Virus record (IMG/VR): IMGVR_UViG_3300033182_000980
Span: 311,692-375,691 of that record
DNA: 64,000 nucleotides
Direction: 5' to 3' (one strand)
Under the pieces are notes generated by a model that had not been told where the DNA came from, did not search any database, and saw only the letters and a list, made by a program, of their open reading frames with translations. Made by a program: the position numbers and the translations under genes. Below, piece after piece: positions 38,761 through 48,204 of this stretch (position 1 is its first letter; the number at the start of each line of letters is the position of its first letter).

Positions 38761-39285
38761 ATGAACAGCGTAAACATCACAGCCGAAAACTTTATCCCAG
38801 CTCTCCTCGCACCCTTCGGTGGCAAGGACACCCACAACGAGGCAGGCGAGGCTCTCCCCTCAACCAGCTCTAAGGCTTGGAGCTTCACCCTCCACAATCG
38901 TGATCGCAACACTCACCTCACCTTCAAGGCTCGCCGCCCGAAGGGGTGGACTGTAGAGTCTCCTGTCCTCATCGACCTCATGACAGGCAAGGACAACGAT
39001 GCAGACTTTGGCTTCATCGGGAGCGTCAGTCCTCGTGGGTTCTACAAGCCAAGCCCCAAGAGCAAGGTAGACGCTGATCGCCTTGAGGTAGCCAATCGCA
39101 CAATGGTTTGGCTTCTCACCAAGCTCAACAATGGGGTGGAGCTTCCCGATGCCCTAGAGATCAAGGGTGCTTCTAAGTGCTGTAGGTGTGCTAAGAAGCT
39201 CACCAACCCCGACAGCGTAGACGATGGGATGGGTCCAGTCTGTCGCCGTAAGGCTAACGAGAGCAAGGTTAGCCGAGGGGTCTAA
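38761..39285 (+). CDS. DUF6011-like zinc-ribbon protein (paralog of 48477)
   Basis: HLTFKA; CCRCAKKLTNPDSV..GMGPVC. Confidence 0.8.
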   Translation: MNSVNITAENFIPALLAPFGGKDTHNEAGEALPSTSSKAWSFTLHNRDRNTHLTFKARRPKGWTVESPVLIDLMTGKDNDADFGFIGSVSPRGFYKPSPKSKVDADRLEVANRTMVWLLTKLNNGVELPDALEIKGASKCCRCAKKLTNPDSVDDGMGPVCRRKANESKVSRGV

Positions 39286-39416
39286 GGGTTGGGCTAGGGT
39301 CGGGGCTGAAAAGCTCTTAGAGGGGCATTTAAGAGATCGTAAGAAAAGTTTGTAGGTTTTGTCCGATAGTGGTCAGAGCCTTCGTCTTATAGGTGAACAG
39401 CAAAGGAGAACAAGAC

Positions 39417-39725
39417 ATGAGACATGATAACCTAACTCTCCCCAACAACCGAAAGGGAAGCACGATGAAGATGAGAGCAAGACGAGGCGACCTTATCACC
39501 CTCCAACCTGATGCCTGTGGCTACTTCGAGTCCGAGGTCGGCTGTACGGTAACGCTCATGAGTGAGGATCTCGGTAATCGTACGGTGCGTGTCATCAAGG
39601 CTCGTGATCAGTTCCACCACGACTGGCCCGAAGCTCCAAATAACCTCATGCTCGTAAGGTGTGAGGGTCAACAGTACCTTGTGTCTCGTGAGCATCGCCA
39701 CCTCTGCTTGGTGTCGGGGAGCTGA
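39417..39725 (+). CDS. Hypothetical protein
   Basis: SD AAAGGAGA; start uncertain. Confidence 0.55.
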   Translation: MRHDNLTLPNNRKGSTMKMRARRGDLITLQPDACGYFESEVGCTVTLMSEDLGNRTVRVIKARDQFHHDWPEAPNNLMLVRCEGQQYLVSREHRHLCLVSGS

Positions 39726-39858
39726 TCGGGGTTGGACCCTAGAAATCATGGGTCGGTCATATCCAGCTCTAGTGCCAGAGCTGTAACCCCTTATCTATGA
39801 TCTAGTATCAAGGGTTGACTGGTTCAGCCCAACAGACTCCAGAAAGGGAGAACAAGAC

Positions 39859-40458
39859 ATGACCAACAAGACCTTCGCAACCATGATCATCATCGGCATT
39901 GCCCTCGCTGGCTTCTATGGTAAGGCGAGCATTGAGGCCCATGAGGGCAGGGCAGTTTACCACAGCGAGTGTGAGATCAGCTCACACCCTGTGCAGTACC
40001 TCCACACGACAGGGAAGAAGAGGTGGAGGAAGTGGGTCTACCTCGATACTGTAAATGGTGTCGAGATCAAGGCGAGCAAGGATCAGCACAAGGCGTGTGA
40101 GAGCGTGAAGGTTCTCATGTCGAATGAGGCGGAGCTTGCAGAGGCGAACCGACTCAAGAGCATCGAGAACCAGAGGCTCTTAGCAGTCCTCGGTTGGTTC
40201 TTTTTGATCATGGTGGTTGAGGTCGCCATCAACTATCTGGCTAAGAGGCGAGAGCGTCTTGAGTGGGAAGAGGCGAAGCGACAACAAGACCTTGAGCATA
40301 AGCGAGAGTGTGAGAAGTGGGCGGCGAGGCGTAAGGCAGAGGAAGCCGAGCGTATGAGGTCTAAGACAGCGAATGAAGAACGAGCAAAGCGAAAGGCCGA
40401 GAGGGGAGCAATCCTTGAGGCTAGGAGGCTTGCTAACCTAGAGCGTAAGAAAGGATAA
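39859..40458 (+). CDS. Two-TM membrane protein with charged helical tail
   Basis: Two hydrophobic segments; class I motif at 39783. Confidence 0.75.
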   Translation: MTNKTFATMIIIGIALAGFYGKASIEAHEGRAVYHSECEISSHPVQYLHTTGKKRWRKWVYLDTVNGVEIKASKDQHKACESVKVLMSNEAELAEANRLKSIENQRLLAVLGWFFLIMVVEVAINYLAKRRERLEWEEAKRQQDLEHKRECEKWAARRKAEEAERMRSKTANEERAKRKAERGAILEARRLANLERKKG

Positions 40459-40462
40459 CGAG

Positions 40463-41017
40463 ATGACGCTAAGAGAACAGCTACAACAAAGAGCAGACAT
40501 GATAGGTCAACTAGGAGGTCGAGGCGACCTTATGACGCAAGAGCAGTATGTGATCAATGAGGGTGTTCAGATGGCTTCTAGTGAGCCTTTAACAGAGGAG
40601 CAGTACGCTTACCTTAGAATGATCACAGGAGCGATTGAGTGCCTTCCTAAGCAGTGCTTTTACAATGCACAGATGATGACCCTTGCCGATAGCTACCATG
40701 AGACACCCAGGGTGCAGTACCATGAGGGCTATGTGTGGACTGGCTTAATGCCGATCCTTCATGGGTGGATCACTCTTGATGATAAGATCGTGGATGTGAC
40801 TTTGAGTACAGACCGAGAGGCGACTCAAAGATACTTTGATGGTGAACCTCCACAAGAGGACTTGAGGGATAGGATACTAGGAGTGATACCCGATGGGTGG
40901 GAGTACATTGGTGTGCCGATGGAGACGGCTTATGTGGTGGGGTTCATGCTGGAGAAGATGGAGTCCCGATCACTCATTGACAACTGGCAAGATGGTTGGC
41001 CTTTGCTCCAAGCCTAA
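40463..41017 (+). CDS. Transglutaminase/papain-like fold protein
   Basis: KQCFYNA, YHEGYV, HGWI, IVDVT give a Cys-His-Asp triad pattern. Confidence 0.65.
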   Translation: MTLREQLQQRADMIGQLGGRGDLMTQEQYVINEGVQMASSEPLTEEQYAYLRMITGAIECLPKQCFYNAQMMTLADSYHETPRVQYHEGYVWTGLMPILHGWITLDDKIVDVTLSTDREATQRYFDGEPPQEDLRDRILGVIPDGWEYIGVPMETAYVVGFMLEKMESRSLIDNWQDGWPLLQA

Positions 41018-41127
41018 ATAGGAACACGCTTCCTATTTAGAAAAGGTAGAAGCACTTCCACCTTTCAACTTGTAACCCCTTACCTATGAGGGGGTATCAA
41101 TCAACCACTCTGACAAGGAGAACGCTT

Positions 41128-41538
41128 ATGAACTCTTTCATCTCAATCATCACAACCAACGCAATCAAACGCTTCGAGGCTTACGATGACACCTTCAAGC
41201 GTGTGATCCCGACAGCCCATATCGAGCTGACCAACATGAGCTTCGGCATCCACAAGTCTTTCTTTGGAAATGACACCGACCACATCGCCCCACTCTCACA
41301 GCGTACAGGCACTTACCGACTTGTGTGCGACCCAAAGGATCACGAGGCTATCGTGGAGGCTCTTGCAGAGGAGTTTGCTGAGGTGTCTGCTTGCGTCAAG
41401 CTGTTCGCTATCGAGATCAGCCGACCGACCACAACCAAGTGGGTTGCTCGTAAAGAGAAGGCAATGACTCGTAAGGGAGCTACCACTCTCACAATCACTT
41501 GGAGTGAGGACTCTCGCATCACCACACAGAACCTCTAG
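41128..41538 (+). CDS. Hypothetical protein
   Basis: Class I motif at 41072, SD; start moved to 41128. Confidence 0.7.
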   Translation: MNSFISIITTNAIKRFEAYDDTFKRVIPTAHIELTNMSFGIHKSFFGNDTDHIAPLSQRTGTYRLVCDPKDHEAIVEALAEEFAEVSACVKLFAIEISRPTTTKWVARKEKAMTRKGATTLTITWSEDSRITTQNL

Positions 41539-41624
41539 GATAGCCCTAGAGAGTTTTTGGGTATCGACCCTAACACTACCCCTAACCACACACCAAAGAT
41601 GGCTTAGAGGGCAATCTCGAAGCT

Positions 41625-41885
41625 CTAGTGAACCATGACTTGATGGTAGGCAAACTTGAGCCAGTCCTCTGCGTGGTTGCCCCCTTGCCACATGAGGAGC
41701 TGTACGGACTTTTCAAGCTCTCTCCATTCAGCGAGGGTCTTGCTGTTAGTGGTCATCCATCGTGATCTCAAGTCTCGGTAATGACCTCGTGCTAAATCCT
41801 CCCACATGGGGAGCCAGCTTGATCGAGCTGTCCTAGACTTACGAAGCATCTGGATAAGGTCAAGTGTGGTCATGTCTCGTGTCAT
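41625..41885 (-). CDS. Hypothetical protein
   Basis: SD AAGGAG; ATCATATAA motif at 41926-41934. Confidence 0.6.
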   Translation of the reverse strand: MTRDMTTLDLIQMLRKSRTARSSWLPMWEDLARGHYRDLRSRWMTTNSKTLAEWRELEKSVQLLMWQGGNHAEDWLKFAYHQVMVH

Positions 41886-41947
41886 GTTTTACTCCTTGTA
41901 TCATATAACTTTGAGTACCTATTTGTTATATGATTTGAGGGGTAAAC

Positions 41948-42541
41948 ATGACTTATCTAATAAGGAGTTATCGGGGTTTTGACTCGTTCTTAAAGTGGCA
42001 GTTATGGGTCGGGTTTCTGGCTAGTCTGGTGTGGGCTTTGAGTGTGCCGATAGTCCATAAGCTCCAGGGTGTGCATTGGACGACAGCGTATATCTCACTC
42101 TACCTAATCTTCATCCGAGTGAGTGGGTTGATCCTGCCCTTCTTCAAAGGAGCGAGGATTAGAAATCTGTACCTCATCACGATCTGCTTGAATGTGATCT
42201 ATGCAGCCAGCCTGTTGCTTTACTTCTATGATGTCCATCTCTTCCTCTGGGCAGAGGTGGTTCTAGGCATAGCGTATAGCGTGGTTGGTCCACTCATGGG
42301 GATCGGGTGGGATGTGTGGGTCGTGAAGCAGTACCCAACGGACACCTTCGAGGACTTCAGATATTGGGAGTCCTTTAGGTGTTCGCTAGGTGGTGTGATG
42401 GGGAGTGGCTTAGTCGCCTTGATGACAACCCTCACGAGTCTCGATCAGACCGTGAGGGTGTTCATGGGGGCGATGGTGTTCATGCTAATGATCCAGCAAG
42501 CAAACTGGATCAAGCACTACCGACATCTCATCGAGCCTTAG
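41948..42541 (+). CDS. Polytopic membrane protein (about six TM, half-MFS-like)
   Basis: Six hydrophobic segments. Confidence 0.7.
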   Translation: MTYLIRSYRGFDSFLKWQLWVGFLASLVWALSVPIVHKLQGVHWTTAYISLYLIFIRVSGLILPFFKGARIRNLYLITICLNVIYAASLLLYFYDVHLFLWAEVVLGIAYSVVGPLMGIGWDVWVVKQYPTDTFEDFRYWESFRCSLGGVMGSGLVALMTTLTSLDQTVRVFMGAMVFMLMIQQANWIKHYRHLIEP

Positions 42542-43020
42542 CGACCCTTACGCTTTTGTCGGCTAAGGATCTGATTCATGCTCACTACCCCGTCATCGTC
42601 AGAGGGTAAAAGCTCGGTGATCTTGTCTCCCTCAATGAGAGCCTGATACCCCTCGAAGTCAGAGATGACAAACCCCTCTGGAGTCTTGACCCAAGACACC
42701 TTGGCGATCTCATCGAGTCCGTCATAGTGGAGGGTCAGCTCGCCTGTGTCGGTCGGCTTGAAGATGATCTCAACGCACCACTGGGGATCGAGTCCGTTGT
42801 CATCGTCCATGTACTCTTGAGTGACCTTGTACTCGCCGCCTACGACCCTTGCGTAGTAGGTGAGCTTCAAGTCAGAGAAGCTGGAGACAGACCAGGTGGG
42901 GTTGCCCTTTTCGGGAGTGTTAAAGAAGGTCATTGCTGAGGGGTCAAGATCATCAGTAGGGTAGGGTGGGTCATGGTTTACCGTAGCGTAGGAAAAGTCC
43001 TCATACGAGCGTTGAGACAT
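42538..43020 (-). CDS. Hypothetical protein
   Basis: Operon with 43024. Confidence 0.65.
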   Translation of the reverse strand: MSQRSYEDFSYATVNHDPPYPTDDLDPSAMTFFNTPEKGNPTWSVSSFSDLKLTYYARVVGGEYKVTQEYMDDDNGLDPQWCVEIIFKPTDTGELTLHYDGLDEIAKVSWVKTPEGFVISDFEGYQALIEGDKITELLPSDDDGVVSMNQILSRQKRKGR

Positions 43021-43023
43021 GGG

Positions 43024-43485
43024 TCAGCTCCGATCACAAATCTCGTTCAAGCGAGAGGCGAAGGGAGGGCAGTTCTCCATCATGTATGCGTAAGCGTCCT
43101 CTTGCTTGTAGATGCCCGACTGACTCGCTGTGTCTTGGAGGCAAGCGATCAGATAGGTGAGGCGAGCAGAGGGAGCGTTGGTGAACTTGTAGCTGGTCAA
43201 GTCATCCTCGCTCATGTTCTCGGCAGTCTCACAGAGCCAAGCCTTGTCTTGCTCGGTAAGATCGAAGCCATAGGAGGGGCGATTGATTGACCACCAGAGG
43301 GACATCTCAAAGGGGTGTGCGAGCTTGCCATGAGCCTTGAGGTAAGCCTTGGCCTCGTCCATCTTCCGCTCGATGACGATGTGGAGATCGTTGTCAGAGC
43401 GGGTCGGGTAGCGTGGGTCGTTGTTGATCTTCGTTTGCTCTGCGATCACAAACTGTCGATACTGATTGAGGGTTGCGTTCTTCAT
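43024..43485 (-). CDS. Hypothetical protein
   Basis: SD AAAAGGAAG. Confidence 0.7.
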   Translation of the reverse strand: MKNATLNQYRQFVIAEQTKINNDPRYPTRSDNDLHIVIERKMDEAKAYLKAHGKLAHPFEMSLWWSINRPSYGFDLTEQDKAWLCETAENMSEDDLTSYKFTNAPSARLTYLIACLQDTASQSGIYKQEDAYAYMMENCPPFASRLNEICDRS

Positions 43486-43598
43486 ATTGTCTGTAGCTTC
43501 CTTTTTAGGAGGTCTAAGTTTGGTTGAGGGTCAGCTTGTCTGCCCTCTACTATCTGAACACATAGGCTGTCGGTTTCTTTTCACCGACTGTGATTTTT

Positions 43599-44207
43599 TT
43601 ATGGGCGAGAGAGCTGACCCTCCCTTGAGCCGAAGTTAAACTCCTCGATGATCTCGTTGATCTTCTGTAGCTGTGTAGCTACCCACTCTTGGTTGCCTCC
43701 ACCTTTAGTGTCGTAGTGGTGGTCGAGGAGGTGGAGGTTATTCGAGATGCTGAACAGCTCGGAGCTGAACTCGTAGTACGCTCTGTCATAGTCCTCGATG
43801 ACCTGTGGAGGTGTCATGTCGGCCTCCCACGCAAACTCCATGAAGAGGTCATGTAGAGCGTCCTCTCGCTCGTCCTCATCTAAGGTCGGGTCAAGGGAAG
43901 CCTTAGCCGCTTCCTCATCGAACCATGATCGGTTAGTGTCCCAAGCGTAGACCCCCTCCATGACGCAGTGGTCGCACAGCTCCTCGTCATGGTCGTACTC
44001 GTCATAGCCGACACAGTACGAAACCATGTACCGTCCTGCACCCTCACACTCCCGACACATCTTAGCGTCAGCGTAGCGAGATGCTTGGAGCTTCGCCTTA
44101 GCATCCTGTAGCATTGCCTTGAGGGTGGGGAGGTTAGCGATGTCGCTCTCGATCTTCGAGGTGAGGACTCGCTCTGAGGTCTTGATGTCTTGTAGTGATG
44201 GCATCAT
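43599..44207 (-). CDS. CxxCxGxG zinc-finger protein
   Basis: CRECEGAG...CDHC; class I motif at 44275. Confidence 0.75.
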   Translation of the reverse strand: MMPSLQDIKTSERVLTSKIESDIANLPTLKAMLQDAKAKLQASRYADAKMCRECEGAGRYMVSYCVGYDEYDHDEELCDHCVMEGVYAWDTNRSWFDEEAAKASLDPTLDEDEREDALHDLFMEFAWEADMTPPQVIEDYDRAYYEFSSELFSISNNLHLLDHHYDTKGGGNQEWVATQLQKINEIIEEFNFGSREGQLSRP

Positions 44208-44296
44208 ATTGATGTCTCCATTAGGAGTGAGTGAGGTGCGTGATGATTCTGCCCCTCTGACATTTAACTATAGATAAGGGGTTACAGACTCAGGGA

Positions 44297-44479
44297 TTAC
44301 ATTTGCTTGAGGAGCGTTAAAGCCTCCTCTGCCTTGTCAGCGTCAACCTTGATGTGGACGATCTGATCGCTCGGTACAGGGTGGAAGCTAGGGTTCAAGT
44401 GCGTTATGACAGCCATGATGTCATAGAGGTGATAAAGGGTTGAGGTGTCGGGTAAAGACGCTACGATGGTTCGGGTCAT
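44297..44479 (-). CDS. Hypothetical protein
   Basis: SD AGGAGA. Confidence 0.6.
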   Translation of the reverse strand: MTRTIVASLPDTSTLYHLYDIMAVITHLNPSFHPVPSDQIVHIKVDADKAEEALTLLKQM

Positions 44480-44491
44480 GTCGTTCTCCTA

Positions 44492-44773
44492 TTAGTGGTG
44501 GTAAGGGTTCATCTCGTGTCCTGGCTCAAAGCCTGTGATCAGCCACTCTCGGATTTGGACTGACCACTCCGAGAGTGCGTCTTGAGCCACAGCTCCCTCG
44601 GCCCATGCAGTCAGCATGGCAACAGCTTGGGTGGCAGGGGTGTCTACCTCAAGGGTAGATGGGGCTGGTGCGAGCCACCCTGTAGCCGAGCGAGTGAGAG
44701 TGGTCTTACCCTCAACCTCTGCGACTTTAACCGAGATAGCACCCATTGGTCGTTGGTGTGTGATAGTTGTCAT
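44492..44773 (-). CDS. Hypothetical protein
   Basis: AQDAL..WS...REWLITG phage pattern; class I motif at 44810. Confidence 0.7.
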   Translation of the reverse strand: MTTITHQRPMGAISVKVAEVEGKTTLTRSATGWLAPAPSTLEVDTPATQAVAMLTAWAEGAVAQDALSEWSVQIREWLITGFEPGHEMNPYHH

Positions 44774-44875
44774 GTGTGTCTCCTAGTAGTGGTTGTGGTT
44801 GATGATAGATAAGGGGTTACAAATCGTGAGGGCTGACCCTCCATTATAGGGTTCGGGTTTCACCCCCCCTCGTTC

Positions 44876-45088
44876 CTACTTGCCTTTCTTGTCTTGCATC
44901 CACTGGGTGAAGTCGATGACCTCTTGCTTTGGGGCGTACAGCTCTTGGAGGAGCTTCGCCTTGATCGTGTCGATGTCAGACTCGCTGACCTCCCACACTC
45001 GATCCCCATGAGAGGTTGGCTGGCCAGTCTTGATCGAGTGGGCCATCTCCTTCACGAAGTTGTTGATGTCTTCATTGGTCATACGCAT
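44876..45088 (-). CDS. Hypothetical protein
   Basis: Class I motif at 45155 with hairpin. Confidence 0.65.
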   Translation of the reverse strand: MRMTNEDINNFVKEMAHSIKTGQPTSHGDRVWEVSESDIDTIKAKLLQELYAPKQEVIDFTQWMQDKKGK

Positions 45089-45166
45089 AAGCGTTTATCC
45101 TTTGTCAAAGAGTGGTTGCGTGGGTGGTCGCTACCACCCACGCTAGTTCATAGATAAGGGGTTACA

Positions 45167-45430
45167 TTAGTCTCGAACGATGCGTCCTAGTCGGTTCACC
45201 TTGATAACGAAGGTATCACCATGACGGTAAGCGTCATCACCTTTTCCGATGATGGCAGACTGTACAAGAAGGACATAGCGATGACCTTTTACAAGGTGGT
45301 CAAACATATCTTTCCAAGGCAGTCTTGGTTGTGAGGATGAGGCTGATGTCAGACGAACACGCTTCACATCATAGGACACTTGAGCTTTAGCCCAAGCAAA
45401 CACATCAGCTTTACTCGGCATAGAAGCCAT
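45167..45430 (-). CDS. Hypothetical protein
   Basis: SD; class I motif at 45503. Confidence 0.7.
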   Translation of the reverse strand: MASMPSKADVFAWAKAQVSYDVKRVRLTSASSSQPRLPWKDMFDHLVKGHRYVLLVQSAIIGKGDDAYRHGDTFVIKVNRLGRIVRD

Positions 45431-45497
45431 AAGCGTTCTCCTTTACGAAGTAGTGGTTTTCAAAGAAATAATCGTTGGTCGCTACCAACACTAGTCC

Positions 45498-45537
45498 ATA
45501 GATAAGGGGTTACAGGCTGTCGTAACCCCTTATCTAT
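45498..45537. promoter_or_regulatory. Back-to-back class I motifs forming a perfect 16-8-16 palindrome
   Basis: ATAGATAAGGGGTTAC-AGGCTGTC-GTAACCCCTTATCTAT between divergent genes. Confidence 0.85.
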
Positions 45538-45604
45538 CTCTTAGTATCGAGGGTGGCAGAGGTCGCCCCACCAACCAAACTCTTTGACACTATGAAAGGA
45601 GGCT

Positions 45605-45886
45605 ATGCTTATGCGTATGCCTACTAAGTCCGACTACCTAGCCTACGCTGGCTACTCACGCTCTTACCAGGTTGAGGTCTGTGCTTGCGAGTACGACTCA
45701 AAGGGTATGATCCTCGACTTCGCCACAGACGGATGGGAAGGGCGGCAGCTTCGCAATGTGCCAACTGACACACCCCTTCAGCTCAACATCATGGATCGCA
45801 ATGGCGACAAGATGGAGGACATCGGGATCAGCATCAATGGTGAGACTGGTGAGATCGAGTGCAGTAGCAAGCACTTCGAGGGCTAG
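45605..45886 (+). CDS. Hypothetical protein
   Basis: SD AAAGGAGG; class I motif at 45522. Confidence 0.7.
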   Translation: MLMRMPTKSDYLAYAGYSRSYQVEVCACEYDSKGMILDFATDGWEGRQLRNVPTDTPLQLNIMDRNGDKMEDIGISINGETGEIECSSKHFEG

Positions 45887-45959
45887 GGTAGTCGGGGTAT
45901 CGAGTAACCCCTTAATCATATAACAACATCAACCACTTACTTCGTAAAGGAGACTGCCT

Positions 45960-46109
45960 ATGTACGAACTGTATGATCGCTTCGAGCGTAAGGTCGTCAA
46001 GACCTTCTCTTCACTTGGCGAGGCTGGACTTTACCTCGCCCAAGAGGTAGAACATGAGTCTCGTAAAGAGGGGCGAGTGTCCATGCCACGCTTCATCATC
46101 AGATACTAG
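45960..46109 (+). CDS. 49-aa protein (not in the ORF track)
   Basis: MYELYDRFERKVVKTFSSLGEAGLYLAQEVEHESRKEGRVSMPRFIIRY; class I motif at 45904 and SD. Confidence 0.6.
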   Translation: MYELYDRFERKVVKTFSSLGEAGLYLAQEVEHESRKEGRVSMPRFIIRY

Positions 46110-46121
46110 GAAGGACTGCAC

Positions 46122-46733
46122 ATGACACTTACCCAAAAAGTAAATGGGGTTCGGAAGATGATCCCGACCCCTCATCACAAGACAGCGTATAAGACCAATG
46201 CGTCCGAGCAGTCTTGGCTTGCCCGACATCGTGATCTGTTCATCCAGCTTGCCGAGGAGGTGGGCTTCGAGGTGGGGGTGGGGAGTCGAGAGCTTCGGCT
46301 GACGCACGACATCGGAAACTTCACCGTCCGATTCCATTGGGATCGGGAGTGGTCAACAATCGAGATGTACGGTCGCTGTGTTGATCGAACCACCCGAACC
46401 TACCACCACTGGCGAGGTGATGCTAAACCCAAATCGCACAATGACGCACACCTTGGAAACTGGTTTCTCAAGAATGTGCGAGAGGACTGGATCGGGTCCA
46501 ATATGCCACCGATGGAACAGATCGGTCCGAGGGACGAGATCGTGTTTACCTCCACTCCGACAGGTGGGGGTCAAAGAACACGAGCAAAGGTCATCGAGCG
46601 AGGGGGCAAGTGGGGCAACAACTACTTCAAGGTCGAACTGCTAGAGGAGCGAGGGGTGAAGAAGATCAAGCCCATCGGTACGGTGGTGGAGGTACACTAT
46701 AACTGCATCATCCACCACGAGAGCAAAGCGTAA
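46122..46733 (+). CDS. Hypothetical protein
   Basis: SD; stop codon inside a class I motif. Confidence 0.75.
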   Translation: MTLTQKVNGVRKMIPTPHHKTAYKTNASEQSWLARHRDLFIQLAEEVGFEVGVGSRELRLTHDIGNFTVRFHWDREWSTIEMYGRCVDRTTRTYHHWRGDAKPKSHNDAHLGNWFLKNVREDWIGSNMPPMEQIGPRDEIVFTSTPTGGGQRTRAKVIERGGKWGNNYFKVELLEERGVKKIKPIGTVVEVHYNCIIHHESKA

Positions 46734-46783
46734 CCCCTTATCTATAGAACAGCATACAGCACCTCTCTTGAAAGGAGAACAGC

Positions 46784-47158
46784 ATGACAATCGAACAGCA
46801 ACGAGTCCAATACGCAACCATCCGAAACAGCCTCCCCTCAGCCTTTCGTGCCGAGTGGCGAAACATCGAGCAAGCCTTCAAGGATCTCGATGTACCACCA
46901 ACCCCTAGCGAGTGGGTAGCCGAGGTGAGAAAGTACAGCTCCGAGGTGAGTCAGTACGAGTCGGCACTGAACGCTTGGGTCAAACTCCGAATGGAGGACG
47001 AGGCAGGTTGGGGCGAGGACTACAGCCCAAGTCAGATCAAGGGGTGGCGAGATGACCTCGACATCCGAAGCAAGACCTCGCTCTTGAGGCGAGCGTTCAA
47101 TGAAGACTTAAACACAATGATCAGCTACGATGAGTGGCGAGAAAGTAGAGACTGGTAA
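46784..47158 (+). CDS. Hypothetical protein
   Basis: Class I motif at 46730, SD. Confidence 0.75.
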   Translation: MTIEQQRVQYATIRNSLPSAFRAEWRNIEQAFKDLDVPPTPSEWVAEVRKYSSEVSQYESALNAWVKLRMEDEAGWGEDYSPSQIKGWRDDLDIRSKTSLLRRAFNEDLNTMISYDEWRESRDW

Positions 47159-47159
47159 T

Positions 47160-47537
47160 ATGAGTTGGCATCAACATATATCAGAGTTAGCAGACATGAT
47201 CAATGAAGCCCACAGCCTACGGTTGACCGACAAACAAGAGGCTCTTAGTTGGGCTGAGGATTACATCGACCAATCCGAAACCTATGAGGAGATCAAAGAC
47301 CTAGCCCACCACTACGGGATAGGATCTGTCGAGGTCGCCCAACCCCAAAAGATAAAAGACCAGCTCAAAAAAATGATCGCTGATGAGGTGCTTGATTGGA
47401 AAGGGGCAGAGGCTGAAGAAGCTGAGGAGGAGGAGGCCGAGTGGGAAGTCGAGTCTACTTGCGATGACCAATGGGAGATCGAGTATGAGGACGAGGACGA
47501 GGCAGAGGACTGCGAAGCATGGGAGGGCGAGCGATGA
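47160..47537 (+). CDS. Acidic hypothetical protein
   Basis: Start moved to MSWHQ; very acidic C-terminus. Confidence 0.65.
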   Translation: MSWHQHISELADMINEAHSLRLTDKQEALSWAEDYIDQSETYEEIKDLAHHYGIGSVEVAQPQKIKDQLKKMIADEVLDWKGAEAEEAEEEEAEWEVESTCDDQWEIEYEDEDEAEDCEAWEGER

Positions 47538-48133
47538 AAGCACTCATAGGGCTAACGCTCAAGAAGGCTAAGGAGGTCGCCAAGCAAGAGCTAGGGGTCA
47601 AGAGGATGGGCGATGCTCGCTTTCAGATGATCCTCGATCAAGGAGTCAAGAGAGGCGACTTCATCCTCGAAGGCGACATGATCAAAGACCCCAACATCAG
47701 CTCGACAGACCCCCTCGACCTAGACCTGTTCGGTGAGATCGAAGAGGTCGAGGAGGAGGTCGAAGCATCACCCGACCCTGTGATCTCCACTAAGACCATC
47801 CACCCCGAAGTAGCCCACCTCGACCCCAAGCTGTCCAGCTCTGACCTACCACGAGCTGGTGATCTCTACCACTACAGATCCTACTCTGGTGAGGTCGTGC
47901 AAGGTGAGGTCAAGTCCACCATCTGCTTTGCCGAGTGTCAGAACCCCGATGGCACATGGCAGACAGTCGCCTTTCAAGACCTCTACCTCAAGAAGCGTGG
48001 AGTGCCTAAAGAGACGATGCTAAATCACCTCAACGCTTACTACCAGAATAATAATAATTTAAGAGCAGAGCATGATCAGCTCTTAAAAGAGATAAGCGAG
48101 CTTAAGGGGAAAGTGGACGAGGCGAAGGGGTAG
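47534..48133 (+). CDS. Putative winged-helix protein with DLFGE motif and coiled coil
   Basis: FQMILDQGVKRGDF; LDLDLFGEIEE; ATGA coupling. Confidence 0.65.
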   Translation: MKALIGLTLKKAKEVAKQELGVKRMGDARFQMILDQGVKRGDFILEGDMIKDPNISSTDPLDLDLFGEIEEVEEEVEASPDPVISTKTIHPEVAHLDPKLSSSDLPRAGDLYHYRSYSGEVVQGEVKSTICFAECQNPDGTWQTVAFQDLYLKKRGVPKETMLNHLNAYYQNNNNLRAEHDQLLKEISELKGKVDEAKG

Positions 48134-48204
48134 CTGTAACCCCTTATCTATGTCCTAGTGTCGGGGCTTATGACCAGCCCCCCACTCACACTAGGAGAAC
48201 CCCC

